Shown in pieces: positions 1-8,228 of a DNA stretch of 26,713 bases (positions are counted from its first letter, which is position 1; each line of letters starts with the position of its first letter). A program made the position numbers and the translations under genes. The stretch comes from a virus (Duplodnaviria > Caudoviricetes), in the IMG/VR virus record IMGVR_UViG_3300037851_000756, positions 1 through 26,713 of that record; one strand, written 5' to 3'. Under the pieces are notes generated by a model. That model made no database searches and was not told where the DNA came from. It worked only from the letters and a program-made list of their open reading frames with translations.

Positions 1-1770
1 GCCGCAGGCCAGCGCACCGCGAACGGGGCCGCGACCCTTGCCGCCGTCTCCGGGCTCACGGCCGCCGGGCAGCGCACGACGAACGGCACAGCGACCCTCG
101 CGGCGTCCTCGGGCCTCACGTCGTCCGCTCAGAACGAGGCACGCGGCGCGGCGACCCTCGCGGCCACCTCCGGGCTGACGGCCACCGGCTCGCGCGCGGT
201 CGACGGGGCGGCGACCCTGCCGGCCGTCTCGTCCCTGACCGCGGCCGGCGAGGCGAGCGTCACGGGCGCAGCCACGCTCGCCGGCACGACCACGCTGGTG
301 GCCACGGGCCAGCGCACCGCCAACGGCGCGGCGACCCTCCCGGCGACCTCGGGGCTCACCGCCGCCGGGCGCAACGAGGCGCACGCGGCGGCGACCCTGC
401 CCGCCACGTCGACGCTCACCGCGAGCGGCCAGCGGACGGTCAACGGCACGGTGACGCTCGGCGCGGCCTCGACGCTGACGGCCGCCGGCAACGCGAACCC
501 GACGGGCTCCGCGACTCTTGCGGCCGCGACGACCCTCTACTGCGAGGGCGACGTTCAGGGGCAGCTGACCGGCTCCGCGACCCTGCCCGCCGTCTCGGGC
601 CTCACCGCCAGCGCGCAGGTGGAGGTGCGCGCGGCGAGCACGCTCTCGTCCAGCACCACCCTCACGGCCGCGGGCCAGAACACGGCCTTCGGCGCGTGCG
701 CGCTTCCCGCCTCCTCCTCCCTCGCTGCTGCTGGCGTTCGGGTGGTTTCCTCGGGCGCGACGCTGGCGGCGGCGAGTACCCTGTCGGCCGACGCCTCCGC
801 GATCCAGACCGGGGCGGCGACCCTCGCGAGCACGAGCGCGCTCACCGCCACGGGCACGGCGAACCCGGTCGGCGCAGCCGCGCTCGCGTCGACCTCAACC
901 CTCACGGCGAGCGGGCAGCGGACGGCCGTCGCCTCGGCGGCGCTGCCCGCGACCTCGGGTCTCGCCGTCGCCGGCACGACGTACCCGACCGGCACCGCCG
1001 TCCTCGCCGCCGTCTCGGGGATGGATGCGGTCGCGGAGGGCGGCGCGACCGGCACGGTGGTGCTCGGGGCAACGAGCGCGCTCGCGGCGAGCGGGCAGCA
1101 CGATGCGCTCGGCTCCGCGACCCTGCCGGCGGGCTCGACGCTCGTCACGGCCGGCACCGCTCTGCCGACGGGGACCGCGGTCCTCGGCGTGGCGAGCGGC
1201 CTCACCGCAATCGGGCAGCGCACCGCCTTCGGCGCGGCCTCGATGGCGGCCGTCTCGGACGTGGTCGCCGTCGCGGAAGGCGAGCAGGTCGGAGCGGCCA
1301 CGCTCGGCGCGTCGAGCGTTCTCTCCGCGAGCGCAACGAAGGACGTCTTCGGCTCGGTCTCGCTTGCCTCCTCCTCGGGCCTAGCGGCGAGCGGGCGAGC
1401 CGAGACGTTTGGTGGCTGTGCCGCAGGGGCGGCCTCCAGCCTGACGGCGGCGGGCCATATCGACATCATCGCGTCGGCCACGCTCGCGAGCGCGTCGGAC
1501 CTGACTGGAAGCTCGGAGGGCGAGCTAACAGCCTCCGCGCTGCTCGGGTCCAGCAGCGGGCTCTCGGCGACGGGAGCGCGCGACGCCGTCGGCGCAGCGA
1601 CGCTCGGTGTGGCATCTGGCTTCGCGGCCTCCGCGACGAACGAGGCGCTCGGCGCAGCGGCGCTCGACGCCGCGTCCTCGCTCGCGGCCACGATCACCGG
1701 GATCTACGACGCCGGTGCCGACATCCCGGCCATATCCGGCCTCGTGGCAGCGGGCGTGGTCGGGACCGAG
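1..1770 (+). repeat. Degenerate ~60-nt tandem coding repeat
   Basis: Successive 60-nt lines align (gcgaccct..g.c..c..ctc....ctcac.) at 1-540; later units drift with occasional 1-2 codon insertions. Confidence 0.9.
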
Positions 1771-1896
1771 GAGCTTGCCCAAGAACTCGTCGCCGTCACG
1801 GCGCACTTCGCCACCGACCGCGGGATCGTTTCGCACCACGCGCCCGCCGTCTCGGTGGTCGCGCACTTCCACCTCGACGTGGACTGGAGGATCTGA
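1..1896 (+). CDS. Ala/Thr/Ser/Gly-rich 20-aa tandem repeat protein, probable virion fibre/beta-solenoid (5' end outside window)
   Basis: Frame 1 is open from base 1 (AAGQRTANGAATLAAVSGLT...) to TGA 1894-1896; repeat consensus GxATLxAxSxLTAxG recurs about 29 times; stop overlaps next ATG (TGATG). Confidence 0.8.
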   Translation, partial: AAGQRTANGAATLAAVSGLTAAGQRTTNGTATLAASSGLTSSAQNEARGAATLAATSGLTATGSRAVDGAATLPAVSSLTAAGEASVTGAATLAGTTTLVATGQRTANGAATLPATSGLTAAGRNEAHAAATLPATSTLTASGQRTVNGTVTLGAASTLTAAGNANPTGSATLAAATTLYCEGDVQGQLTGSATLPAVSGLTASAQVEVRAASTLSSSTTLTAAGQNTAFGACALPASSSLAAAGVRVVSSGATLAAASTLSADASAIQTGAATLASTSALTATGTANPVGAAALASTSTLTASGQRTAVASAALPATSGLAVAGTTYPTGTAVLAAVSGMDAVAEGGATGTVVLGATSALAASGQHDALGSATLPAGSTLVTAGTALPTGTAVLGVASGLTAIGQRTAFGAASMAAVSDVVAVAEGEQVGAATLGASSVLSASATKDVFGSVSLASSSGLAASGRAETFGGCAAGAASSLTAAGHIDIIASATLASASDLTGSSEGELTASALLGSSSGLSATGARDAVGAATLGVASGFAASATNEALGAAALDAASSLAATITGIYDAGADIPAISGLVAAGVVGTEELAQELVAVTAHFATDRGIVSHHAPAVSVVAHFHLDVDWRI

Positions 1897-2216
1897 TGCT
1901 CGGCGGCGCGATGGACTACTCCTTCGTGGCGGGGGACACGAACACCGTCCTCACCGTCACCTGTCGCCATGCGGACACCGACGCCGTGATGGATCTCTCC
2001 GGGGCCACCGTGACGCTGCGCTGGCGCATCGACGGCGGGACGCTCGTCACGAAGACGATGACGATCACCGACGCGCCCAACGGCGTCTGCACCTACACCT
2101 TCGACGCGGCCGACCTCGTCGCTGGCATCATGCAGGCCGAGGTGCGCGTGACGCTCGCCGGGAAGTTCACGACGAGCGTCGAGCCCTTCTTCTTCACGGT
2201 GAGGCCGACGACATGA
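1896..2216 (+). CDS. BppU N-terminal-like Ig-fold virion protein
   Basis: GGAGG at 1886-1890, ATG 1896; motif GDT...DLSGATV...G.CTY...D..AG..QAEV resembles BppU_N/DUF2479 domains. Confidence 0.65.
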   Translation: MLGGAMDYSFVAGDTNTVLTVTCRHADTDAVMDLSGATVTLRWRIDGGTLVTKTMTITDAPNGVCTYTFDAADLVAGIMQAEVRVTLAGKFTTSVEPFFFTVRPTT

Positions 2217-2470
2217 ACACGATTCCGCATTGGATCGCGCCGGGCAAGGGCGGCCCGCCCGACGCTCGAACGATCGAGCATGCTCTCGCGACGCTGCGCG
2301 CCGCGCTGCCGCCCTCGCTGCTCGTCCTGCTCGCGCTTCACCTCGATGCGATGAAGGCCGAGCAGGCGTTCGGTCACGTCGCCGTCGAATTCCACATGCA
2401 CCGCGGGGACGTGCGCTCCGCTGCGTTCCAGCGCCGCACGACGTGGCAGGCGTCGGAGTCGAAGCCTTGA
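2213..2470 (+). CDS. Small hypothetical protein, YezD/DUF2292-like C-terminus
   Basis: ATGA overlap with previous gene; 85 aa; FGHVAVEFHMHRGDVRSAAFQRRTT resembles the FGxVxIxxHxGxV pattern of DUF2292 proteins. Confidence 0.6.
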   Translation: MNTIPHWIAPGKGGPPDARTIEHALATLRAALPPSLLVLLALHLDAMKAEQAFGHVAVEFHMHRGDVRSAAFQRRTTWQASESKP

Positions 2471-2496
2471 CACCTCCGTAGGAGCGCCCACAGAAT
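2467..2496 (+). promoter_or_regulatory. Candidate sigma70-type late promoter
   Basis: Perfect TTGACA (2467-2472), 18-nt spacer, CAGAAT (2491-2496) at the only sizeable intergenic gap upstream of the head genes. Confidence 0.55.
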
Positions 2497-2520
2497 CCCG
2501 TTCGGCCAAGAAGGTCCGAC

Positions 2521-2559
2521 AGACCCCGGCCACCGCAAGGTGGGCCGGGGTTTTCTTTT
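2521..2559 (+). terminator. Intrinsic terminator/attenuator before prohead protease
   Basis: ACCCCGGCCACC-GCAA-GGTGGGCCGGGGT stem-loop (one bulge) followed by TTTTCTTTT; SD GGAGG follows at 2560-2564. Confidence 0.8.
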
Positions 2560-2570
2560 GGAGGCAGCCG

Positions 2571-3623
2571 ATGTCGCTGGAGTTCCTGAGCGCCGCGATC
2601 ACGACGGGAGCCGAGGGAACCTTCCGTGCGGTCGCGAGCGCGCGCGACTCCATTGCGAACGGCGAGCGCGGGCCGACGCGCTTCGCCGAGAACGCCTTCC
2701 GCGAGTCGCTGGAGCGCAGCGCGCGCTACCCGCTGCTCTGGCAGCACAAGGACGACGCGCCCGTCGGCGTCGCGCACCTCTCGATGGACAGCGCCGAGGG
2801 GCTCGTCCTCGACGGGCAGTTGGCCCTCGAAGTCCAGCGCGGGCGCGAGGCGCGCGAGTTGCTGAAGATGGGCGCGCTCGACGGCGTGTCGATCGGCTTC
2901 ACCGCCGAGAAGGCGCGCATGGAGACGCACGGCGGGAAGTCGGTGCGCGTCGTCGAGAAGGCGAAGCTGATGGAGGTCTCGCTCGTCACCTTCCCGGCCG
3001 ACCCGAACGCGCGCGTGCTGACGGTGCACCGCGAGGGCGACCCCGACGAGCAGCTCGCCGACTGGATGGCTGAGGTCGAGGCGACGCTGCTCAACGGCGA
3101 CATCGAGGCGCACGCCGGCCGCGTCTTCTCCGAGGGCAACCTGACGAAGCTGCGCGCGGCGCTCGGCACGCTCGTCGACCTCGTCGAGAAGGTCGATCCG
3201 GGGCACATCGCCGCGCTCGGCCGGCGCGCTGCGAAGACGCTGAAGAAGTCGATCATCCTCATGCCCGGGAAGGCGAAGAAGGCGACGGCCTCCGCGGCGG
3301 TGCGCGCCGACCGGATGCGCCGCGCCGAGATGCACGCGGCCGGCATCGACGTGCCCCTGCTGCGGCTGGAGCCTTATCCGGCCTACGTCGCCGAGGGCGT
3401 GAACCCGGACGACGCCCTGCTCAACGCCATCAGCGGTGCGTGCTCGTACCCGAAGGACGCGCGGCGGATGCTGACGGTCGAGTCGGTCAAGCAGTACCTC
3501 GTTGCCATCGGCGAAGCCGAGGAGGCCGACGACGACGACGAGATGCGCGCGCCCGAGGACGGGCGCGAGCCGGCGAACGCGCCCGAGGACGGGAGCGCCA
3601 CGAAGAACGAAGGCGCGGCCTGA
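2571..3623 (+). CDS. HK97-family prohead protease (peptidase S78) with C-terminal extension
   Basis: LLWQH, LDGVSIGF and LMEVSLVTFPA motifs; AGRVFSxxN helical extension; directly upstream of capsid gene. Confidence 0.92.
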   Translation: MSLEFLSAAITTGAEGTFRAVASARDSIANGERGPTRFAENAFRESLERSARYPLLWQHKDDAPVGVAHLSMDSAEGLVLDGQLALEVQRGREARELLKMGALDGVSIGFTAEKARMETHGGKSVRVVEKAKLMEVSLVTFPADPNARVLTVHREGDPDEQLADWMAEVEATLLNGDIEAHAGRVFSEGNLTKLRAALGTLVDLVEKVDPGHIAALGRRAAKTLKKSIILMPGKAKKATASAAVRADRMRRAEMHAAGIDVPLLRLEPYPAYVAEGVNPDDALLNAISGACSYPKDARRMLTVESVKQYLVAIGEAEEADDDDEMRAPEDGREPANAPEDGSATKNEGAA

Positions 3624-3651
3624 AGGCCGCTTGAACGAGAGGAGAAGCGAG

Positions 3652-4983
3652 ATGTCCCTTCAGGTCCAGCAGAAGGAAGCGCGTGAGCGACTCGGCAAGG
3701 CGCAGACCGACGCGCGCGAGATCGGCGTCAAGCTGACCGACGCCGAACTCAAGGGCGAGGCCAACGCGGCCGAACTCAAGGAGCAGTTCGACAAGGCGAT
3801 GAAGGACGTGGAGGTCTTCGCCGGCACGCTCCAGCGCATCGACCAGATGATCGCCGCCGAAGCGCGCGCGAACGAGGTCATCAACGGCCTGCCCAACGAC
3901 CCGAGCGAGGCGTATCGCGAGGGCTCGCGGGCCGAGGGGGTCGTGTCGAAGGAGACGGCCGAGCGCTTCGCGGAGGGGATCCGCGAGTGCCAGAACGCCT
4001 ACTTCCGCCACGGCGCGTCGCACCCCGCTTACATCACGGCGCGGGAGAAGCTCTCGGCGCAGACGACTGCGCTCAAGCCCGAGGAGCGGCAGGCACTCGT
4101 CGGCTCCATCGGCACGCTCGGCGGCGCGCTCGTCACCGAGGACTTCAAGGCCGAGGTCATCAAGAACATGGCGGGCATCAGCGTCGCGCTGGCATCGGGC
4201 GTGCGCGTCGTGCCCTGCTCGTCCAACACGCTCGTCTTCCCGTCGATCGTCGGCGGGACCGACCCGTGGTCGACGGGCTACTCGGGGACGTGGCGGCCGG
4301 CCGGCGCGGTCGGCACCGACGGCACCGCCCCCACGGTCCAGAACCAGCCGACGTTCGGGCAGGAGCGCATCCCCGTCCACGAGTGGCAGCCGGACGCGGT
4401 CGTCGTCGACCCGTCGCTGCTCGAGGACGCCGCGGTGCCGCTGGAGTCGATCCTGCAGGAGGCGATCGCCGAGACGCAGGCGCTCGACTGGGACTACGCC
4501 TTCCTGCGCGGCGACGGCATCGGCAAGCCGCGCGGCATCTTCGACTACATCGGCTCGGGCGTGTCGTCCGTGAAGACGGGCGACGCCTCGCTGATGACCT
4601 ACAACGGGCTCATCGACCTCATGATGACCCTGCCCGCGCAGTACCGCGAGGGCGCGGTCTTCTACATGAAGTCGCTGACCTTCGGCGCGATCCTGAAGCT
4701 GAAGGACTCCGCGAACAACCCGATCATGTACTCGGGCCAGATCCCCGGCACGCTGTTCGGGAAGAAGGTCTGGATGACCGAGCACATGCCGTCGGTCGCC
4801 GGCGCGGCGTACCCGGTCCTCTTCGGCAACCCGCGCTACTACGTCGTGGCCTCTCGCCGCGACCTGCGCGTGCAGCGGCTCATCGAGCGCTTCGCGCCCA
4901 ACGTCGGGTTCCTGCCGACCGCGCGCGTCGGCGGCGCGCTCGTCCGCACCGTCGCGTTCCTCGCGCAGAAGGTCGAGGCGTAA
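3652..4983 (+). CDS. HK97-fold major capsid protein
   Basis: GAGGAG SD then ATG 3652; N-terminal coiled-coil delta-like domain; GGALV, FLRGDGIGKPRGI, LKLKDS, VLFGN, RVGG motifs. Confidence 0.93.
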   Translation: MSLQVQQKEARERLGKAQTDAREIGVKLTDAELKGEANAAELKEQFDKAMKDVEVFAGTLQRIDQMIAAEARANEVINGLPNDPSEAYREGSRAEGVVSKETAERFAEGIRECQNAYFRHGASHPAYITAREKLSAQTTALKPEERQALVGSIGTLGGALVTEDFKAEVIKNMAGISVALASGVRVVPCSSNTLVFPSIVGGTDPWSTGYSGTWRPAGAVGTDGTAPTVQNQPTFGQERIPVHEWQPDAVVVDPSLLEDAAVPLESILQEAIAETQALDWDYAFLRGDGIGKPRGIFDYIGSGVSSVKTGDASLMTYNGLIDLMMTLPAQYREGAVFYMKSLTFGAILKLKDSANNPIMYSGQIPGTLFGKKVWMTEHMPSVAGAAYPVLFGNPRYYVVASRRDLRVQRLIERFAPNVGFLPTARVGGALVRTVAFLAQKVEA

Positions 4984-4999
4984 CAGCGACCGCCTGATA

Positions 5000-5115
5000 G
5001 GCCAGCAGCGAGGAGTGGTCCGGCCCTCGCTGCTGGCCCGTAGCTCGAGCCCGGACCCTGCAACTCGTCGGGACTGCCGGCAAGGCCGCCCGACGACTCG
5101 AAAGGTCCGAAGCTC
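5000..5115 (+). promoter_or_regulatory. Structured intergenic RNA element between capsid and decoration genes
   Basis: Perfect 14-bp stem 5000-5013/5025-5038; nested stems 5047-5050/5112-5115, 5052-5057/5104-5109 and 5065-5072/5089-5096 ending at the next ATG. Confidence 0.65.
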
Positions 5116-5580
5116 ATGGCACAGCCCGCCACCGGCGGCTCCAGCGTCAACCGCGATCTCGGAGCCAAGCTCAAGGCCGTCCAGTCCATCGCCGCCATCG
5201 TCGGCAACAACACGACCGAGGGGACCGGCGTCGCGGTCGACCTCAAGGGGTATGAGGGCGCGCTCGTCCTCTTCAACATCGGCACCTCGCTCGACACGCT
5301 CTCGGGCTCGGTCTACGTCACGCTGTCGGTGCAGGACAGCGACAACGGCTCGACCGGCTGGGCCGACCTCGCCACGACGAAGTACCGCATCGACGAGGGC
5401 GCGCTCGTCATCGACGACCCCGCCGAGGACAACATCCAGACGGCGATCACCGTGCTCGCGGGCGCGGGCGTGAAGCGCTACATCCGCCCGCTGATCACCT
5501 TCACGGGCACCCACACGAACGGCTTCCCCATCGGGGCGACCGTCGTCAAGGGCTTCCCGCGCGTCGAGTCGGCTGCCTAG
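5116..5580 (+). CDS. Probable capsid decoration/cement protein (Bbp16-like jelly roll)
   Basis: Follows capsid gene; G..VDLKGY, VQDSDNG..WADL and KRYIR motifs typical of this beta-sandwich family. Confidence 0.65.
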   Translation: MAQPATGGSSVNRDLGAKLKAVQSIAAIVGNNTTEGTGVAVDLKGYEGALVLFNIGTSLDTLSGSVYVTLSVQDSDNGSTGWADLATTKYRIDEGALVIDDPAEDNIQTAITVLAGAGVKRYIRPLITFTGTHTNGFPIGATVVKGFPRVESAA

Positions 5581-5592
5581 TAGCGCTTCATG

Positions 5593-5628
5593 ACGGGGGT
5601 CGGCGGCTCAGCTGCCGCCGACCCTCGT
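5593..5628 (+). terminator. 15-bp GC-rich hairpin after head genes (no U-tract)
   Basis: ACGGGGGTCGGCGGC-TCAGCT-GCCGCCGACCCTCGT after tandem TAG TAG. Confidence 0.5.
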
Positions 5629-5644
5629 GCTCGGGAGAGGGATC

Positions 5645-6235
5645 ATGGCGACCTACGACGCGGTCACGCTGATCGAAGTGAAGACTGCGCTGTCGATCGA
5701 CGGCACCGCCGAGGACGTGAGCCTCGCCCGCCTGATCTCCGCGACGACGCTGGAGGTCGAGCGGTTGCTCGGCACGCAGTTCGTCATTCGCGAGGTCGTC
5801 GAGCAGCACGAGGGCGGCGAGCGCCGCATCTACCCGCAGGTGCTCCCGATCGTCGCCGTCTCCTCCGTCGTCGATCCCGCCGGCAACGCCGTACCGGCGG
5901 GCCAGTACGTCGTGCGGCAGAAGCGGTGGCTGGAGCACTGGGGCCACTTCCCGCTCGCCTTCAACTCGGCGGGCCAGCAGACCGACTACACCGTGACCTA
6001 CACCGCCGGGCACTTTTCCTCGACGAGCACCGTCGCGCCCGACGTGAAGGCAGAGATCGTCCGCGCCGTCGGAACGTTGCGCGAGGCCCCTGCCGCGGGC
6101 GTCACGTCGGTCAGCGTCGGCGACCTGTCCATCTCCTACGCTGGCCGATACGCGAATCAGGGCAGCGCCACGCTCTCTCCGGCGATCGAGGCGGCGGCCA
6201 ACTCACTCGATCGCTACCGAGGGGTCGTCCTGTGA
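5645..6235 (+). CDS. Head-tail connector/adaptor (HK97 gp6/SPP1 gp15-like)
   Basis: VTLIEVK..L...ED..L..LI.A N-terminus, VTYTAG, SVSVGDLSISY and LDRYR motifs; GGAGAGGG SD. Confidence 0.85.
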   Translation: MATYDAVTLIEVKTALSIDGTAEDVSLARLISATTLEVERLLGTQFVIREVVEQHEGGERRIYPQVLPIVAVSSVVDPAGNAVPAGQYVVRQKRWLEHWGHFPLAFNSAGQQTDYTVTYTAGHFSSTSTVAPDVKAEIVRAVGTLREAPAAGVTSVSVGDLSISYAGRYANQGSATLSPAIEAAANSLDRYRGVVL

Positions 6236-6600
6236 TCCACATCCTTCAGCGCGCGAAGGTCCATGCGCTCGCTGCCGTCGCCGTGCCGGGCGCGGGCCTC
6301 GCCGTCGCGGCGAACGAGCCGTCGCTCCAGCCCGCAACGCCGCAGGACGTGCTGGTCGTCCTCGGCGGCTTCATCGTCGTCGTCGCTGGGGCGCTGGCGC
6401 TCGCCTTCGTCCGCTGGCTGAACAAGGTCGAGCACAACGTCCCGCGCGACCCGGACCGCCTCTCCGATGCCGTGCGCCACGTCCATCGCGAGGTCGAGGG
6501 GCTGCGTAGCGACGTGCGTGGCATCGACCGCCGCGTCGCCCGGATCGAGGGCAGCCTCGTCGGACTCACTGTGGTCGAAGAGAAGGAGCATCGCGGATGA
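6232..6600 (+). CDS. Membrane protein: N-terminal hydrophobic segment, TM helix, coiled coil (holin/XhlA-like?)
   Basis: GTGA overlap; VLVVLGGFIVVVAGALALAFV TM segment; heptad tail VEGLRSDVRGIDRRVARIEG. Confidence 0.6.
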   Translation: MIHILQRAKVHALAAVAVPGAGLAVAANEPSLQPATPQDVLVVLGGFIVVVAGALALAFVRWLNKVEHNVPRDPDRLSDAVRHVHREVEGLRSDVRGIDRRVARIEGSLVGLTVVEEKEHRG

Positions 6601-7010
6601 CGACGACCGAGATTGTGACTTTCGAACAGCACGCGCTCCCGCTCGTCAACACCTTGCTCATCCTGCTCGTCGCGCTCGTCTTCTATCACCGCTCGCGGCA
6701 GTGGACCGGCATCTCGCAGAACGCGCGGATCGAGAAGCAGGACGCGCGACTGTCGATCGCAGAGGCGAACATCCGCAGCCTCCGCGCCGACATGGAGTAC
6801 TTCACGAGCACCTATCAGGAGACGCTCGACGAGGTGCTGAAGGAGGTCCGCTCGATCACGCGCAACGGCGCGAAGGAGCATGCGATCGAGACGCGGCTGA
6901 CCGCGCTGCAGGATCAGGTCATGGCGATCGAACAGGACGTGACGGGGCTCCCGTGCTTCGTGGGATCGAAGCTCCTGTGCCAGCAGGACAAGGTGGAGGA
7001 GAAGGGCTGA
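6597..7010 (+). CDS. Single-TM coiled-coil membrane protein
   Basis: ATGA overlap, AAGGAG SD; LPLVNTLLILLVALVFY TM followed by long heptad region and C-terminal CxxxxxxC. Confidence 0.65.
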   Translation: MTTTEIVTFEQHALPLVNTLLILLVALVFYHRSRQWTGISQNARIEKQDARLSIAEANIRSLRADMEYFTSTYQETLDEVLKEVRSITRNGAKEHAIETRLTALQDQVMAIEQDVTGLPCFVGSKLLCQQDKVEEKG

Positions 7011-7327
7011 TGCCGCTGCCGGGCGCGATCCTCGCGCAGATGCGGGACACGGTGACGGTGACGCTCGCCGGGGCGAAGGACGCCTACGGCGAGACGGCCG
7101 CCGGCTCGTCCTTTCCGTCTGTCGCGCGCGTCACGTACTCGCGGTCGAATCGAGAGACGACGCGAGGCGACGAGAGCACCACCGGGCTGACGGTCTACAT
7201 GCCCGACATCGACGGCTTCAACGGAGACGCGGTGCTGCTGCTCCCTGACGGGCGCTCGTACCCGGTGAAGTCGTACACGCGGCCGGCATGGCCCGATGGC
7301 ACGCGCCACCTGCGAGTGAGCCTCTGA
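7010..7327 (+). CDS. Head closure protein (SPP1 gp16/HK97 gp7-like)
   Basis: TVTV....DAYG, LPDGRSYPV motifs; 105 aa; position in neck module; TGATG coupling. Confidence 0.7.
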   Translation: MPLPGAILAQMRDTVTVTLAGAKDAYGETAAGSSFPSVARVTYSRSNRETTRGDESTTGLTVYMPDIDGFNGDAVLLLPDGRSYPVKSYTRPAWPDGTRHLRVSL

Positions 7328-7800
7328 TGACGCTCGGAATCGGCAAAATCGTCAGCGGTGGCGGGACGACGAAGCCCGCTTCGTGGGGAGTCGACTTCCC
7401 GGGCCGCGGCGGGGACACCGGCAAGGAGGCCTTCTTTCTTCGGATGGAAGGACTCAACGCGTGGCTGCGCTCGATGGAGGAGGACTGGCGCGAGGCGAAG
7501 GAAGCGGCCGAGGAGGCGCTGCGCCTCTCGCTGGAGCGCCGCGTCATTCGGCCGTCGCTGCGCCTGTGCCCGATCGACACGGGGGCGCTCCGGGCGAGCG
7601 CATGGGCCGACGCCTCGTACCGCGGCGGCTACCTGCAGGGGGCCTGCGGCTACGACACCGACTACGCGCTGTGGGTGCATGAGATCCCCGCGGCGCACAA
7701 GTCGCCGACGCAGTGGAAGTTCCTTGAGGAGCCGTTCTCGCTGAACGCGCACCTCGTCGCCGAGGACGTGCTGGCGGCCATCCGCGCGGAGTTCGACTGA
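7327..7800 (+). CDS. HK97 gp10-like neck protein
   Basis: CPIDTGALRAS, YDTDYALWVHE and KFLEEP motifs. Confidence 0.85.
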   Translation: MTLGIGKIVSGGGTTKPASWGVDFPGRGGDTGKEAFFLRMEGLNAWLRSMEEDWREAKEAAEEALRLSLERRVIRPSLRLCPIDTGALRASAWADASYRGGYLQGACGYDTDYALWVHEIPAAHKSPTQWKFLEEPFSLNAHLVAEDVLAAIRAEFD

Positions 7801-8228
7801 TGCTGCTCGACGAGGTCGCGTCCTACCTCGAAGCCGAGGGCATCGGCGTCGTGAAGACGACGGCGAACGACCCGGCGTGGCCGATCCACAAGGGCGGCCT
7901 GTACCCGGGATCGCAGGCGCACCCGAACGACGCGATCGGTTTGCTGGAGGGACCCGGTGACTTTCCGATCAACGAAATGGGCGCGACGGTGGGCTCCGTG
8001 GTTGCGGAAACGCCTTCGCTCGTCGTCCACGTCCGCAGCGCCTCCTACGCCACGGCTCGCTCGAAAGCAGACGCGGCATGGGGCCGGCTCCACAAGTACG
8101 CGGGGACGCTCGGAGGAGTGCGCTACCTGCTGATCGAAGCGCGGCAGTCTCCGTTTCCGATCGGCCGCGACGACGCCGGGCGCTGGATCATCGGCTGCAA
8201 CTACGGGGTCACGAAGGAGCGCGCATGA
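7800..8228 (+). CDS. Tail terminator (minor capsid 3-like family)
   Basis: EVASYL..GIG, QSPFPIGRDDAGR...CNY motifs; precedes tail tube genes. Confidence 0.75.
   Translation: MLLDEVASYLEAEGIGVVKTTANDPAWPIHKGGLYPGSQAHPNDAIGLLEGPGDFPINEMGATVGSVVAETPSLVVHVRSASYATARSKADAAWGRLHKYAGTLGGVRYLLIEARQSPFPIGRDDAGRWIIGCNYGVTKERA

Noticed and set aside
1-1770. 60-nt periodicity as a CRISPR array
   Set aside because: Whole unit is degenerate and in frame; no invariant repeat with unique spacers and no cas genes.
3502-3651. ORF-track N-terminal extension of capsid gene
   Set aside because: Overlaps protease gene; ATG 3652 has a good SD.
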